50,824 nucleotides of DNA from NCBI GenBank assembly GCA_015661185.1, contig JACVXU010000002.1, positions 1 to 50,824 of the forward strand, read 5' to 3'. The notes beneath the pieces were generated by a model. That model made no database searches, was not told the origin of the DNA, and saw only the letters and a list, made by a program, of their open reading frames with translations. This document shows, piece after piece, positions 36,203 through 46,130 of the stretch; within the stretch, counting starts at the first letter, position 1, and every line of letters starts with the position of its first letter. The translations under genes were made by a program, and so were the position numbers. The stretch comes from Bacteroidota bacterium. GTDB taxonomy: Bacteria > Bacteroidota > Ignavibacteria > UBA10030.

Positions 36203-37455
36203 CAGCTCTGAATGGCGGATTCGATCTCATCGAGATTGACTGCAGTCTCGCCTCCGGTCTGCATATTCTTGAGTCGACCAGAGCGCGAAAGAAGCTCCGT
36301 CTCTCCTATTACAACTGTGTAGAGGGCCTCCTGCCGGTTTGCTTCCCGCATCTGGGCTTTTACGCTTCGACCGAGATAATCGATTTCGACCCGTACTCCC
36401 TTAAGACGAAGTTCGTGTGTCTTCGCAAAGGCCCAGCGTCGGGCCTCATCGTCGATGGTTACGATGAAAAGGACCGGACGGAAATCCACCCTCCTGGGGG
36501 TCCCGACTTTCCCGAGTACCATGAGAAGTCGCTCGATTCCAGCGGCGAAGCCGACTCCGGGTGTCGGTTTTCCACCGAGTTCTTCAACGAGGAGGTCGTA
36601 TCGTCCTCCCCCTGCGAGAGCATCCTGCGAGCCAAGAGCGGAGCTCGTGATCTCGAACGCGGTTTTTGTATAGTAGTCAAGGCCTCGCACGAGTCTGCCA
36701 TCGACAACGAACGGCGTACCCGTCCCGTGAAGGAGAGTTTGAACTTCGCCGAAATGAATGTTGCATTCTGGACAGAGATGGTCCTTCATCAACGGAACGT
36801 CACGGATAAGGGCCTGATCGTTTTCGTCTTTTGAGTCGATCACGCGCAGGGGGTTCTGATCGACGCGGGCTTGGCTCTCGGGTGAAAGCTGATGCCGTAC
36901 TCCCCTCAATGCTCCGATGAGAAGTCGCTTGTACGGCGGTCGGCAGCGTTCACAACCGACGGAGTTGACCTTCAGTGTGAACTCCTGGATCCCCAGCTCA
37001 CGATAGATCCTCAGCGCGATGAGCATCATTTCCACGTCGAGTTGAGGGGAGGAACTCCCGATCGCTTCCACACCAAACTGATGAAACTGCCGCAGCCTGC
37101 CCGCCTGCGGGCGCTCCTGGCGGAACATAGGTCCCATGTAGTACAATTTGGTGAGAGGCGATTGTTCGCCGACATTGTGCTGAATGTATGCCCGGAGAGC
37201 AGAGGCTGTTCCCTCGGGTCTAAGCGTCAGGCTTTCGTCGCTCCGGTCCTTGAACGTGTACATTTCCTTGCTGACGATGTCGGTCAGTTCTCCGATGCTG
37301 CGAGCGAAGAGTCCGGTCTGCTCAAAAACCGGGGTCCTGATTTCGCGGTAGTTGAAAATGCTCATGACATGGCGAATGGTCTTTTCGACGTACTGCCAGT
37401 CTTCCACTTCTCCCGGGAGGACATCTTTCGTGCCTCTGATCGATTTGAATTTCAA
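36202..37455 (-). CDS. hisS: Histidine--tRNA ligase
   Basis: (M)KFKSIRGTKDVLP, class II motifs (FRQERPQAGRLRQFHQ, GGGRYD) and an anticodon-binding C-domain. TTG start. Confidence 0.97.
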   Translation of the reverse strand: MKFKSIRGTKDVLPGEVEDWQYVEKTIRHVMSIFNYREIRTPVFEQTGLFARSIGELTDIVSKEMYTFKDRSDESLTLRPEGTASALRAYIQHNVGEQSPLTKLYYMGPMFRQERPQAGRLRQFHQFGVEAIGSSSPQLDVEMMLIALRIYRELGIQEFTLKVNSVGCERCRPPYKRLLIGALRGVRHQLSPESQARVDQNPLRVIDSKDENDQALIRDVPLMKDHLCPECNIHFGEVQTLLHGTGTPFVVDGRLVRGLDYYTKTAFEITSSALGSQDALAGGGRYDLLVEELGGKPTPGVGFAAGIERLLMVLGKVGTPRRVDFRPVLFIVTIDDEARRWAFAKTHELRLKGVRVEIDYLGRSVKAQMREANRQEALYTVVIGETELLSRSGRLKNMQTGGETAVNLDEIESAIQS

Positions 37456-37573
37456 GGGTGCGTCCGTTGGAAAATTTGGTTCATGATACCTCCCCTACGA
37501 ATATCACCGGCGAGCGAGCAACGATCGCTGGCCACGGAACGATCGGAGGCTGTCTGGAACCGCTTTGCGATGT

Positions 37574-38044
37574 TCAAGCTTCAAAATGTGTAGCCTCTTC
37601 TTGACGGAAGATTTCGAGGATGTCTTTCGGCGTCTGTGCATCCAGGAGGCGTTTTCGGAAGTCTTCGTTGTTCATGAGGCGGGAAATCCGGCTGAGGAGC
37701 TTGATGTGTGGCCCGACCATGTTCTCGCGCCCGATGAGCAGGAAGACTATCCTGACCGGCTGGTCATCGAGGGATTGGTAGTCAATCGGTTGGGCGGTGA
37801 CGGCAAATGCGGCCACGATATCGCTGACTGCGTCCGACTTGGCGTGGGGGATCGCGAATCCGGCTCCTACGCCGGTGGACATGATCTTCTCGCGCTCGAA
37901 GATTGCTTCGCGGACTTTCTCTTTATCGAGAACACGTTCCTGGGACGCTGCTACATCGATAATGGCGTTGATAATTTCAGTTTTGGTCGTTCCGGTAAGA
38001 TTGGTACGGACAACATTCTCATTCAGCAAATCAACAATTCTCAT
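37574..38044 (-). CDS. ptsN: PTS EIIA-Ntr-like protein (PtsN family)
   Basis: 156 aa with the active-site context GVGAGFAIPHAK and RBS AGGAG. Confidence 0.85.
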   Translation of the reverse strand: MRIVDLLNENVVRTNLTGTTKTEIINAIIDVAASQERVLDKEKVREAIFEREKIMSTGVGAGFAIPHAKSDAVSDIVAAFAVTAQPIDYQSLDDQPVRIVFLLIGRENMVGPHIKLLSRISRLMNNEDFRKRLLDAQTPKDILEIFRQEEATHFEA

Positions 38045-38085
38045 TCGTTACTCCTAAGGACCTGAGACACTCGTTATCTATACTT

Positions 38086-40593
38086 CTATCCATGCATCCA
38101 TACGTGTAGCTTCACCTCGTATTCATTGGCCATTTGCAGGGAGATCGCCCCGTCCGCTGATTCAGCGTTGATGTGAAACATGGGGCGGGTGCGGTCTGGG
38201 ATCAGAAGAACTGAGGTGAGGCGATCACCGGGCCGCGGGAAAACCTTCACACCGTCGATCAGTTCGCGTGGCAGTCGTTCGGTATCCTTCATAAGATGGC
38301 GCATCACCTGGCCCTTGAGATTCCACGCGCACGCGATGGTGCGTTTGACCATATGGAGTCGGGGAGTCGCGTCATCGAGCTCCCCCAAGCGCTTCTTCGT
38401 GAGAGCGAGACACTCCAGCAGCTTCGAGACAGAGTACATCCCGTCGGAAGCGAATAGAAACTCATTGAAAATGAAACCGCCCTTGGTTCCTCCGACGAAT
38501 CTGATCTGTTTGTTCGACGCTGCTTCCATCAAGGCGAGATGGCTGTCCCGTGTCCTGATCACGGTAAGCCCGAATTCTTCGGCAAGCATATCAACCTCGG
38601 CGGAAGCGGAGATGGGCACGGCAATCCTCTTGATGTCCGGATGAGCAATCACAACGAGTTTGGTCATCAATGTCAGCAGTCGGTCGTTCTCAATTGCGTG
38701 ACCACGCTCGTCGACGACGACCATCCTCTCCGCACCGGGATCGAGCATGCAGCCGAAATCGTACTGCAGCGACGTCACGACGTGGGAAAGGTCCTTGATG
38801 GCCTTCTCGGTCAGTTCTCTCGTGCGCGTCAACTTTTGGCTGTCAAGGTAGGCGTTCAGTGAGACGGCCTGAACGTTGAGATTTCCGAGGATGTTGGGGA
38901 AAATGGTCGAAGCGATTCCGTTCGAATAGTCGATGACCAGTTTTATTCCGCCTGATCGGATCGCTTGCACGTTCAGCGCCGCGTACCCACGTTCGATGTA
39001 GCTCTCGGTTGAGCGCTCGGGGAACCTGATCATGCCGACTGCATCATGGCTCGAACGAGTGAAGTCTTCGCCAAAGAAGAGCCGCTCGACGGATTTGGAT
39101 TTTCCGCTCGGGAGGTCTTTTCCGTCAGCATCGAAGAAAATTATGTCTGTGAGATTCTTATCGTGCGGTGACTTCCTGGCGTGGATCCCGCCGCGCTCAG
39201 TGCCACTCCGGAGCTCGTGACGTACGATCGGTATCGATGTTGCCCGGAGATCGGCGCAATGTACGCCCGAAGACATCAGGCCGGTCATGAATGCGCGGTT
39301 AATCATCCGGGAAACGTTGTCGGAATCGCGGCTTGTGACGACGGTGGATCCGGAGCCGACGAAGGCTCCGAAGGCGGCTCCAAGCTTGGCGGCAAATTCC
39401 GGGTTCATCTCAACGTTCGATACGCCGCTGACCCGGGCTTCGTGGAAAAGGTCCCGAAGCCAACGATCCTCCCAGACCAGGCTTCTTGTGACGACGGACC
39501 CCTCTTCAACAACCTTTTCCGGCCACATCTTGATATTGGCCGACAGGCGACTGCGCTTTCCGATCAAGCACTGGTCGCTCACGAAGACGTTTTCAGATAC
39601 AACGACGTCGTCTCCGATCGTGCAGCCGGAGCCAATGACGTCAGTCGACATCTCAACATTTGTTCCGATTTTGGTGCCGTTCCAGATGACGCAATTGCGA
39701 ATGATACTTCCCGGTTGGATATCGCAATCATCCCCTATCACCGAATTCGCAATCGTGACATCGCTATGGATGTGAGTATTCTTCCCAACGATGACAACCC
39801 CTGAGAGACTCTTGGGGTCGGTATCGATACGACTGTTTGATCCGATATGCAGGTTTCCGCGCTTCTCGCCCGGTATCGTTATTTTGACAAGGCCACGAAG
39901 TGCATCAGAATGGGCGTCTTGATATTCATTTAGATTCCCGACATCCTTCCAGTACCCCTCGGCGATGTAGCCGTAGAGCCCCATGTCCTGTTCGAGGAGG
40001 ATGGGGAAAAGGCTCTTGCTAAAATCGAACTCCTCTTTTGGCGGGATAAGGTCAAGCACCTCTGGCTCGAGAATGTAGATTCCGGTGTTGATCGTATCGC
40101 TGAATACCTCTCCCCAGGAGGGTTTTTCAAGAAAGCGAGATATCTTCCCGTCATCATGGGTCAGAACGACCCCGTATTGCAAGGGGTTTGAGGCGTGGGT
40201 GAGGATGATTGTCGCTTTCGCCTTCTTCCTTTCGTGGAATTGAACAGCAGCTGAAAGGTCGAAGTCGGTGAACACGTCACCGCTGATGATGAGAAAGCGC
40301 TGGTCGAGAAAGCTCCTCGCGTTTCGGACACTGCCCGCTGTCCCGAAGTCTGCCTCAGCTCTCAAATACTGAATCGAAACGCCAAATCGATGCCCATCAT
40401 CAAAATGTTTCGAGATCACGTCTGGTTGATAGTACAGGGTCGCAATTAAATCCGTAATTCCATGGAGTTTCAGCAGTTCGACGATATGTTCCATCATCGG
40501 TCTGTTGAGCATCGGAACCATGGGCTTTGGGATGTTGCAGGTAAGCGGCCTAAGGCGGGTTCCAAACCCACCCGCCATGATCACAGCTTTCAT
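38086..40593 (-). CDS. Fused sugar-1-phosphate nucleotidyltransferase (with left-handed beta-helix) and phosphomannomutase/phosphoglucomutase-like domains
   Basis: N-terminus MKAVIMAGGFGTRLRPLT...ISGD, then hexapeptide repeats (about 280-390), then alpha-D-phosphohexomutase-like domains to the C-terminus. ATG 40593 is preferred over 40641. I could not confirm the catalytic-serine loop by eye. Confidence 0.88.
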   Translation of the reverse strand: MKAVIMAGGFGTRLRPLTCNIPKPMVPMLNRPMMEHIVELLKLHGITDLIATLYYQPDVISKHFDDGHRFGVSIQYLRAEADFGTAGSVRNARSFLDQRFLIISGDVFTDFDLSAAVQFHERKKAKATIILTHASNPLQYGVVLTHDDGKISRFLEKPSWGEVFSDTINTGIYILEPEVLDLIPPKEEFDFSKSLFPILLEQDMGLYGYIAEGYWKDVGNLNEYQDAHSDALRGLVKITIPGEKRGNLHIGSNSRIDTDPKSLSGVVIVGKNTHIHSDVTIANSVIGDDCDIQPGSIIRNCVIWNGTKIGTNVEMSTDVIGSGCTIGDDVVVSENVFVSDQCLIGKRSRLSANIKMWPEKVVEEGSVVTRSLVWEDRWLRDLFHEARVSGVSNVEMNPEFAAKLGAAFGAFVGSGSTVVTSRDSDNVSRMINRAFMTGLMSSGVHCADLRATSIPIVRHELRSGTERGGIHARKSPHDKNLTDIIFFDADGKDLPSGKSKSVERLFFGEDFTRSSHDAVGMIRFPERSTESYIERGYAALNVQAIRSGGIKLVIDYSNGIASTIFPNILGNLNVQAVSLNAYLDSQKLTRTRELTEKAIKDLSHVVTSLQYDFGCMLDPGAERMVVVDERGHAIENDRLLTLMTKLVVIAHPDIKRIAVPISASAEVDMLAEEFGLTVIRTRDSHLALMEAASNKQIRFVGGTKGGFIFNEFLFASDGMYSVSKLLECLALTKKRLGELDDATPRLHMVKRTIACAWNLKGQVMRHLMKDTERLPRELIDGVKVFPRPGDRLTSVLLIPDRTRPMFHINAESADGAISLQMANEYEVKLHVWMHG

Positions 40594-40762
40594 CGGTATG
40601 TGGTCTTGGAGTAGTTGCGTGTGCGACAATTGGTAACTCAAAAGCTAGAGAAAAAAAGCTTCTACTGCAAGGCGATTGTCGATCTGCCCGTTCAAAACCA
40701 ATTGATGAAAAACTAAGAGACGAGATGAGAGACGCTTTGGCTGGTTCACCTCATTTTTCACC

Positions 40763-40791
40763 TTGACTTTGTTGGGCTAAATGGTTAAATT
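40763..40791 (+). promoter_or_regulatory. Promoter candidate for the GAF-GGDEF gene
   Basis: TTGACT-17 nt-TAAATT, about 57 nt upstream of ATG 40848. Confidence 0.35.
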
Positions 40792-40847
40792 TAGCGTAAT
40801 TTAAGGGCCAGATTCATATTTCTTACTTAATTAACACTGACGCCCGG

Positions 40848-42764
40848 ATGTCAAAGACAAGTCGTTCCTGGACTGATGGACTGTTATTTAGACAGGAACT
40901 AGTTGTCTTATCGGGCGTAATTTTGTTTTTTGTTGGCCTGTTGTTCGTCTCACCAGTATTGAGGATCGTGGCGTTTTTGCTCTCAGGATCTCTCTTTGCG
41001 TACGTCATCGTTTCACGATGGCGACCGCGTCCGAAGGAGCAATCGGCGGGTGACGGCCACAAGGCTTCGGTCACTTTACATGAGCAGGAAGCCGAAATGA
41101 AAAGACGCGTCTTCGACGATCTTCAACCGACGAACCGAAAATTCAGGGTGGAGAGTGTGGAGGATCCTACGAAGAAATCGACAGCGATGGCAGCGAAACG
41201 TGGCCAGATAGCAGCAGTTGCTGAATACGAGTTTCAGCCTTCCGATTTCTTCGATGTGAACGAAGACGTTTTCGTGCGAGAAGGGGGACCGAAGTCTGAG
41301 TTTGGATTCCTGATGAAGAAAGTGCTCACCGTCGTGAAGGAAGTGCACTTTGCCCATTCGGTGGCTTTTTTCTGGGTGAACAAGGACAAGAACCAGGCAG
41401 TTCTGGAGAGTTTTGTATCAGATAGCGACAAGTTCATGACGCATCGGCGGCGCGAGCTTGGAAGTGATGTCATCAGCCAGGTGGCCCTCAGCGGGCAACC
41501 CAGGATCCTGAACCAGGTCAATGCCGCCGGACAACTCGAAATGCTCGGTTACTACGAGGCTGTTGAGCCTGTGAAGACCTTCGTGGCTGTTCCGATCTTC
41601 TACACGAAATTGGCTGCAATTCCTCATGAGCCAGTGGCTGTTCTGACCATTGACTGCATCGACGAGGACGCCTACGGTCCGGAAACGCTCAGCTCTTTGG
41701 GTCAATTCACCAAGCTGATTTCTGCGCTGATCAGGAGCTACACGGACAAATATGACCTCCTCCTGGATTCGGAGGTCTTGCGTTCGATCTCCCGGATGCG
41801 GGAGCAGTTGAAAATCGAGTTCAGTTTACACAACATCGTCCGTACTCTTGCAGAGGAAACGTCCAGGTTGGTGGCGTGGGACTATGTGTCGATTGTTCTG
41901 TTTGACGAAAATCGAAAATCATGGGTCGTTCAATTCGTCTTGAATCGCATAAATGATGCTTATGTTACCGCCACACAGGAAATCGACCCACATCAGAGTT
42001 TGGTCGGTGGCGTGATTCAGTCTGGCGTTCCAAGGATCATCGATTCGATTGCTGGTATAGAACTGCCCCGGTTCTACAAAGCTGAGCGGGTCGATTCCAA
42101 AGGCGCTTGTATGATCCTGCCGATTATTTCGTCGAGCCGCTGCTATGGGGTTCTGGCTGTCGAAAGCAAGGACGCCAAGACGTACTCCGAGCCGGAAGTG
42201 AAGCTGCTCGAGAAGCTGGTCGAGACCACGGCGGTGGGTCTCGAGATACTGAATCTGACGGATGTAGTCAACAATTTCGTCCTCATGGATGAGACCACGG
42301 GCGTGGCCACGAGAAGTTACTTCGTGAGCAGGGTCCAAGAAGAAGTGCACCGTGCGAATGATTTTCGGTCCGACTTAACGCTGGTGATGCTTTCGATTGA
42401 CTCGATGAATGAGCACCTGCACCGGTATGGGAAAGAAGGTTTCGATTTTGTTCTGCAGAATATCGGTCGAATGATCAAATCGTCCGTGCGGCCGTATGAT
42501 CTTGTAGGACGGTACGATTTCAACCGATTCGCGGCCCTGCTTGTGAGTACCGAGGCGAAAGAGGCGCACCTGTGGACTGAGAAATTGCGGAAAAATATCG
42601 CCAGCAACATCATCAACGTCGATCAAAAGAGTTTCTCTGTTACCGTAAGCATAGGAGTGTGTGGAGCCGTCAGTGAGACTAGCGACATCGAACTGTTAGA
42701 GAATGCCAGCCAGACATTGAGGAAAGCGGTCGAGGCAGGCGGAAATGTTGTCCGGGTTTTCTAA
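40848..42764 (+). CDS. Membrane-anchored 2xGAF protein with degenerate GGDEF domain (A-site lost, RxxD I-site kept)
   Basis: Two N-terminal TM helices and two GAF-like regions. The C-terminal domain aligns to PleD-type GGDEF: DETTGVATRSYF, LSIDSMNEHLHRYGKEGFD and RPYDLVGRYDFNRFAALL, where DFNRF replaces GG(D/E)EF. VTVSIGV is also present. Confidence 0.85.
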   Translation: MSKTSRSWTDGLLFRQELVVLSGVILFFVGLLFVSPVLRIVAFLLSGSLFAYVIVSRWRPRPKEQSAGDGHKASVTLHEQEAEMKRRVFDDLQPTNRKFRVESVEDPTKKSTAMAAKRGQIAAVAEYEFQPSDFFDVNEDVFVREGGPKSEFGFLMKKVLTVVKEVHFAHSVAFFWVNKDKNQAVLESFVSDSDKFMTHRRRELGSDVISQVALSGQPRILNQVNAAGQLEMLGYYEAVEPVKTFVAVPIFYTKLAAIPHEPVAVLTIDCIDEDAYGPETLSSLGQFTKLISALIRSYTDKYDLLLDSEVLRSISRMREQLKIEFSLHNIVRTLAEETSRLVAWDYVSIVLFDENRKSWVVQFVLNRINDAYVTATQEIDPHQSLVGGVIQSGVPRIIDSIAGIELPRFYKAERVDSKGACMILPIISSSRCYGVLAVESKDAKTYSEPEVKLLEKLVETTAVGLEILNLTDVVNNFVLMDETTGVATRSYFVSRVQEEVHRANDFRSDLTLVMLSIDSMNEHLHRYGKEGFDFVLQNIGRMIKSSVRPYDLVGRYDFNRFAALLVSTEAKEAHLWTEKLRKNIASNIINVDQKSFSVTVSIGVCGAVSETSDIELLENASQTLRKAVEAGGNVVRVF

Positions 42765-42792
42765 ATAATGAGAACATGGTGAGGAGATAAGT

Positions 42793-42987
42793 ATGGCAAA
42801 ACAAACTGATTTTGCAGAAAAAGCCAAGAAAGCTTCACAGGAAAAAGGTGTCAAGTGTCCTAAGTGCGGGACGGTGAAGGTCCCAACCCTCTTTGTTCAG
42901 TCGATTCGTTCGGCGCACGGATCCTATCGCTTCAACCAATCAAGCGTTCAGATCTGCAAGTGTAACGAAAAACAAGTGTTAGCTTAA
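42793..42987 (+). CDS. Small (64 aa) lysine-rich protein with putative zinc ribbon
   Basis: RBS GAGGAG lies 6 nt before the ATG. Cys pattern is CPKCG...CKC. It starts 28 nt after the GAF-GGDEF stop, so it is probably co-transcribed. Confidence 0.5.
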   Translation: MAKQTDFAEKAKKASQEKGVKCPKCGTVKVPTLFVQSIRSAHGSYRFNQSSVQICKCNEKQVLA

Positions 42988-43082
42988 CATTTGCTCTCAT
43001 TCCTCGTATTCCTCAGTAGTCTGTTCCATCAGGGAACTTCAACGGCCGCGTTGGGCCGGGTCGTTTTGAGGGAACTGCTACC

Positions 43083-44267
43083 TTGAAACCAGGGAAGGTT
43101 GTTTTCATCGTTCTTGACGGTGTCGGTATTGGCGCTCTCCCTGACGCGCGTTTGTACGGCGACGAGGGGACGAACACCCTTGGCAACACAGCGAGAGCGA
43201 TCGGAAGTCTCCGTCTTCCACACTTACAGAAACTCGGCCTCGGGAAAATCGTCGATGCCCCCGGCGTGCCCCCTGTGGAAGTTGCCGATGGGTGTTTCGG
43301 AAAAATGGCAGAGCGCTCGGCTGGGAAGGACAGCACAATTGGACACTGGGAGTTGACGGGTATCGTCACGCAGAAGGCATTCCCTTTGTATCCGAACGGA
43401 TTTCCGGAGGAGCTCCTTCAGAAATTCCTGGCGGCGTCCAAGTGCGGAGGGTATTTGGGGAACAAGCCTGCGTCCGGGACTGAGATCATTGCGGAGTTGG
43501 GTGACGAGCACGTACGGACCGGGCATCCAATTGTCTATACATCGGGTGATTCGGTTTTTCAGATCGCTGCTCACGAAGAGGTTATTCCGCTCAGCCGGCT
43601 CTACGAGATCTGCACTGTGACTCGGCGGGACGTGATGATCGGAGTCCACACTGTCGGCAGGATAATCGCCCGACCATTCGTTGGCTCGAGCGGCTCATAC
43701 GCTCGCACGACGAATAGAAGAGATTTCGCTCTTGAGCCGCCGGCTGCCACACTCCTGGATCTTTTGCACGAGGAGGGGATCGAGACGATCGGAGTGGGCA
43801 AGATCGACGACTTGTTTTGTGGCCGTGGGTTGAAGGAAACGATACACACGAAGACGAACCTTGAAGGTGTTCGTGCCACAATCGATGCCGCAGCTCGACT
43901 TCAGCGCGGGTTTGTGATGACGAACCTTGTCGATTTTGATATGCTGTTCGGCCATCGTCAGGATCCTCGGGGGATGGCCTCTGCTTTGGAGGAGTTCGAT
44001 CGCGAACTTCCATCTCTTCTCGAAGTTTTGGGTGAGGGGGATCTTCTCCTGATGACCGCGGATCACGGGAACGATCCGACGGATCGAAGCAGCGATCACT
44101 CGAGAGAGTATGTTCCGCTGCTGGTTTCCGTGAAAGGCGGCAAGCGGAATGTGGATCTCGGCATTCGCCCGTCATTTGCGGACGCGGCGAAAACAGTGTC
44201 CGAGTATTTCTCTCTGCGCGCGTCAGCATCCCTTGCAGGGAACAGTTTCCTTCATCTGGTGGTCTAA
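43083..44267 (+). CDS. deoB: Phosphopentomutase
   Basis: VVFIVLDGVGIGALPDA..YGDEGTNTLGN, TADHGNDPT. TTG start. Confidence 0.93.
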   Translation: MKPGKVVFIVLDGVGIGALPDARLYGDEGTNTLGNTARAIGSLRLPHLQKLGLGKIVDAPGVPPVEVADGCFGKMAERSAGKDSTIGHWELTGIVTQKAFPLYPNGFPEELLQKFLAASKCGGYLGNKPASGTEIIAELGDEHVRTGHPIVYTSGDSVFQIAAHEEVIPLSRLYEICTVTRRDVMIGVHTVGRIIARPFVGSSGSYARTTNRRDFALEPPAATLLDLLHEEGIETIGVGKIDDLFCGRGLKETIHTKTNLEGVRATIDAAARLQRGFVMTNLVDFDMLFGHRQDPRGMASALEEFDRELPSLLEVLGEGDLLLMTADHGNDPTDRSSDHSREYVPLLVSVKGGKRNVDLGIRPSFADAAKTVSEYFSLRASASLAGNSFLHLVV

Positions 44268-44479
44268 TCAAGGAAAAGCCGAACGATTGCCCCACTCAAA
44301 GGCGATTCTGCGGCAGACGGGGTGAAGGGACGACGCCCAGGGGCGTTGGGCTAAGGCGTTTGCACGCGTCGGAGACGGTGTCGATCGAACCTTTTGGTGC
44401 CTCTGCGGTGTTAAGAGGATAGAGGCATTGAGGGTCGAGTGACCAAGAGGTTCTCATTGATAAAGAGGTACAAGCGTAC

Positions 44480-45337
44480 ATGGTGAAGATCAGCAAACAA
44501 TATACGAACAGGGAAAGCCAGTCTCTCGACAAGTACCTCCAGGAGATAGGAAAGGTCGACCTCCTGACTCCTCAGGAAGAAATTGACCTTGCCCGTCGAA
44601 TCAAGAAGGGGGATCAGAAAGCACTCGAGAAGCTGACCAAGGCCAATCTCCGTTTTGTCGTAAGTGTCGCGAAGCAGTATCAGAACCAAGGATTATCCCT
44701 TGGAGACCTGATCAACGAAGGAAACCTCGGACTCATCAAGGCTGCGAAGCGATTCGACGAGACGCGCGGATTCAAGTTCATTTCCTACGCCGTCTGGTGG
44801 ATCCGACAATCGATTCTGCAGGCGCTCGCGGAGCAGTCCCGCATCGTCCGTTTGCCGTTGAACCGTGTTGGGGCGCTGAACAAGATTGGCAAAGCATTCA
44901 GCACACTCGAGCAGGAATTCGAACGGGAGCCGAGCGCCAGCGAGCTAGCGGAAGAACTCGACATGTCGCTGTTCGAGGTGTCGGACACGCTCAAGATCTC
45001 GGGACGGCATCTGTCGATGGATGCCCCGTTCGCTCAGGGAGAAGACAACCGTCTGCTGGACGTCATCCAGGATCAGCGGCAGCCCTCTCCCGACCATCAA
45101 CTGATGGAAGAATCGCTGAAGGTGGAAGTTCGCCGGGCGTTGAACACGCTGAGCGAACGAGAGGCGCAAGTAATCAGACTGTACTTTGGCCTCGATCAGG
45201 AGCACTCACTCACACTGGAAGAGATCGGTGAGAAGTTCAATCTTACGCGGGAGCGCGTCAGGCAGATCAAAGAGAAGGCGATTCGTCGTTTGCGACATGC
45301 ATCCCGGAGCAAAGCCCTGAGGGCTTATCTAGGATAA
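44480..45337 (+). CDS. rpoD: Primary-type RNA polymerase sigma factor, short FCB-group form (no region 1.1)
   Basis: 285 aa. [77 protein letters not shown], and region 4 [23 protein letters not shown]. The length and sequence closely resemble Bacteroides-type sigma A, as far as I remember it. Confidence 0.95.
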   Translation: MVKISKQYTNRESQSLDKYLQEIGKVDLLTPQEEIDLARRIKKGDQKALEKLTKANLRFVVSVAKQYQNQGLSLGDLINEGNLGLIKAAKRFDETRGFKFISYAVWWIRQSILQALAEQSRIVRLPLNRVGALNKIGKAFSTLEQEFEREPSASELAEELDMSLFEVSDTLKISGRHLSMDAPFAQGEDNRLLDVIQDQRQPSPDHQLMEESLKVEVRRALNTLSEREAQVIRLYFGLDQEHSLTLEEIGEKFNLTRERVRQIKEKAIRRLRHASRSKALRAYLG

Positions 45338-46050
45338 TGAGCCGAACAAGACAAGCATCGTGTGAAAAGCCTCGGGGTCAGCCGGGGCTTTCTTTGTTCT
45401 TGAGGGTGGATTCTCCTGAATCCTTCTGGTTCCTTCTGGTGTTCCTATTGCTGACCGGCGCAGCGAGCATGGTCACTGGTTGTGGTCCGACTTCTCCCCG
45501 CTTCAGAAGCGGAGAATCGAGACCACCAGGGTCGTTGGGTCGGACGGAATCAGCTCGATCCGGGAAAGACTCAGTTCAGACGATGCCGGAGGATGTTGAG
45601 ACTTCTTCGGAAGCCGCTGAGAAGGTCTTGTCGGGCAATCGGACCTTCAAGAGCGAAAAGAACTCTTCGATTTCGAATCTGGACCGGGCGAAGATGATGC
45701 GCGAGATATCTAAGATGATGGGTGTTTCGTACAAACTCGGCGGTGGCGATGAAAATGGTATTGATTGTTCTGCCTATACAATGATGGTATACAAGAACTC
45801 AATCGGGAAGCTGCTGCCGCGCAGCAGTGCAGAGCAATTCAGAATCGGGATTCCCGTCCACTCTGAGGATCTGAAATTCGGGGACCTGCTGTTTTTTGAC
45901 ACGACGGGTGAGCCAGCCTCGCACGTGGGTGTTTATCTCGGCGATGATCTCTTCGCTCACGCCAGCGTTTCTCTTGGCGTGACGATTTCGTCGCTTGAGA
46001 GTTACTATTACAAGCAACGATACAACGGGGCGCGTCGGGTCGTTGAGTGA
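45337..46050 (+). CDS. NlpC/P60 (C40) peptidoglycan endopeptidase, probable lipoprotein
   Basis: Lipobox-like MVTGC. The catalytic context is GIDCSAYTMMVY...HVGVYLGDDLFAHAS. TAATG overlap with rpoD. Confidence 0.85.
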   Translation: MSRTRQASCEKPRGQPGLSLFLRVDSPESFWFLLVFLLLTGAASMVTGCGPTSPRFRSGESRPPGSLGRTESARSGKDSVQTMPEDVETSSEAAEKVLSGNRTFKSEKNSSISNLDRAKMMREISKMMGVSYKLGGGDENGIDCSAYTMMVYKNSIGKLLPRSSAEQFRIGIPVHSEDLKFGDLLFFDTTGEPASHVGVYLGDDLFAHASVSLGVTISSLESYYYKQRYNGARRVVE

Positions 46051-46051
46051 G

Positions 46052-46080
46052 TTGCATCCAAGCATTGTCGTGAGTATATT
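46052..46080 (+). promoter_or_regulatory. Promoter candidate for def-fmt
   Basis: TTGCAT-17 nt-TATATT, about 50 nt upstream of ATG 46131. Confidence 0.35.
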
Positions 46081-46130
46081 TTTTTGTTCAAGTTAATCGC
46101 TCCCCCGAGTGGAGCAGCTAAGAAGTGCCA

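Noticed and set aside
40660-40690. Minus-strand TGGTTTTGAACGGGC with correct GG-N10-GC spacing, upstream of the NDP-sugar fusion gene.
   Set aside because: Only the GG and GC dinucleotides match. The conserved TGGCAC and TTGC contexts are absent, so this is expected by chance.
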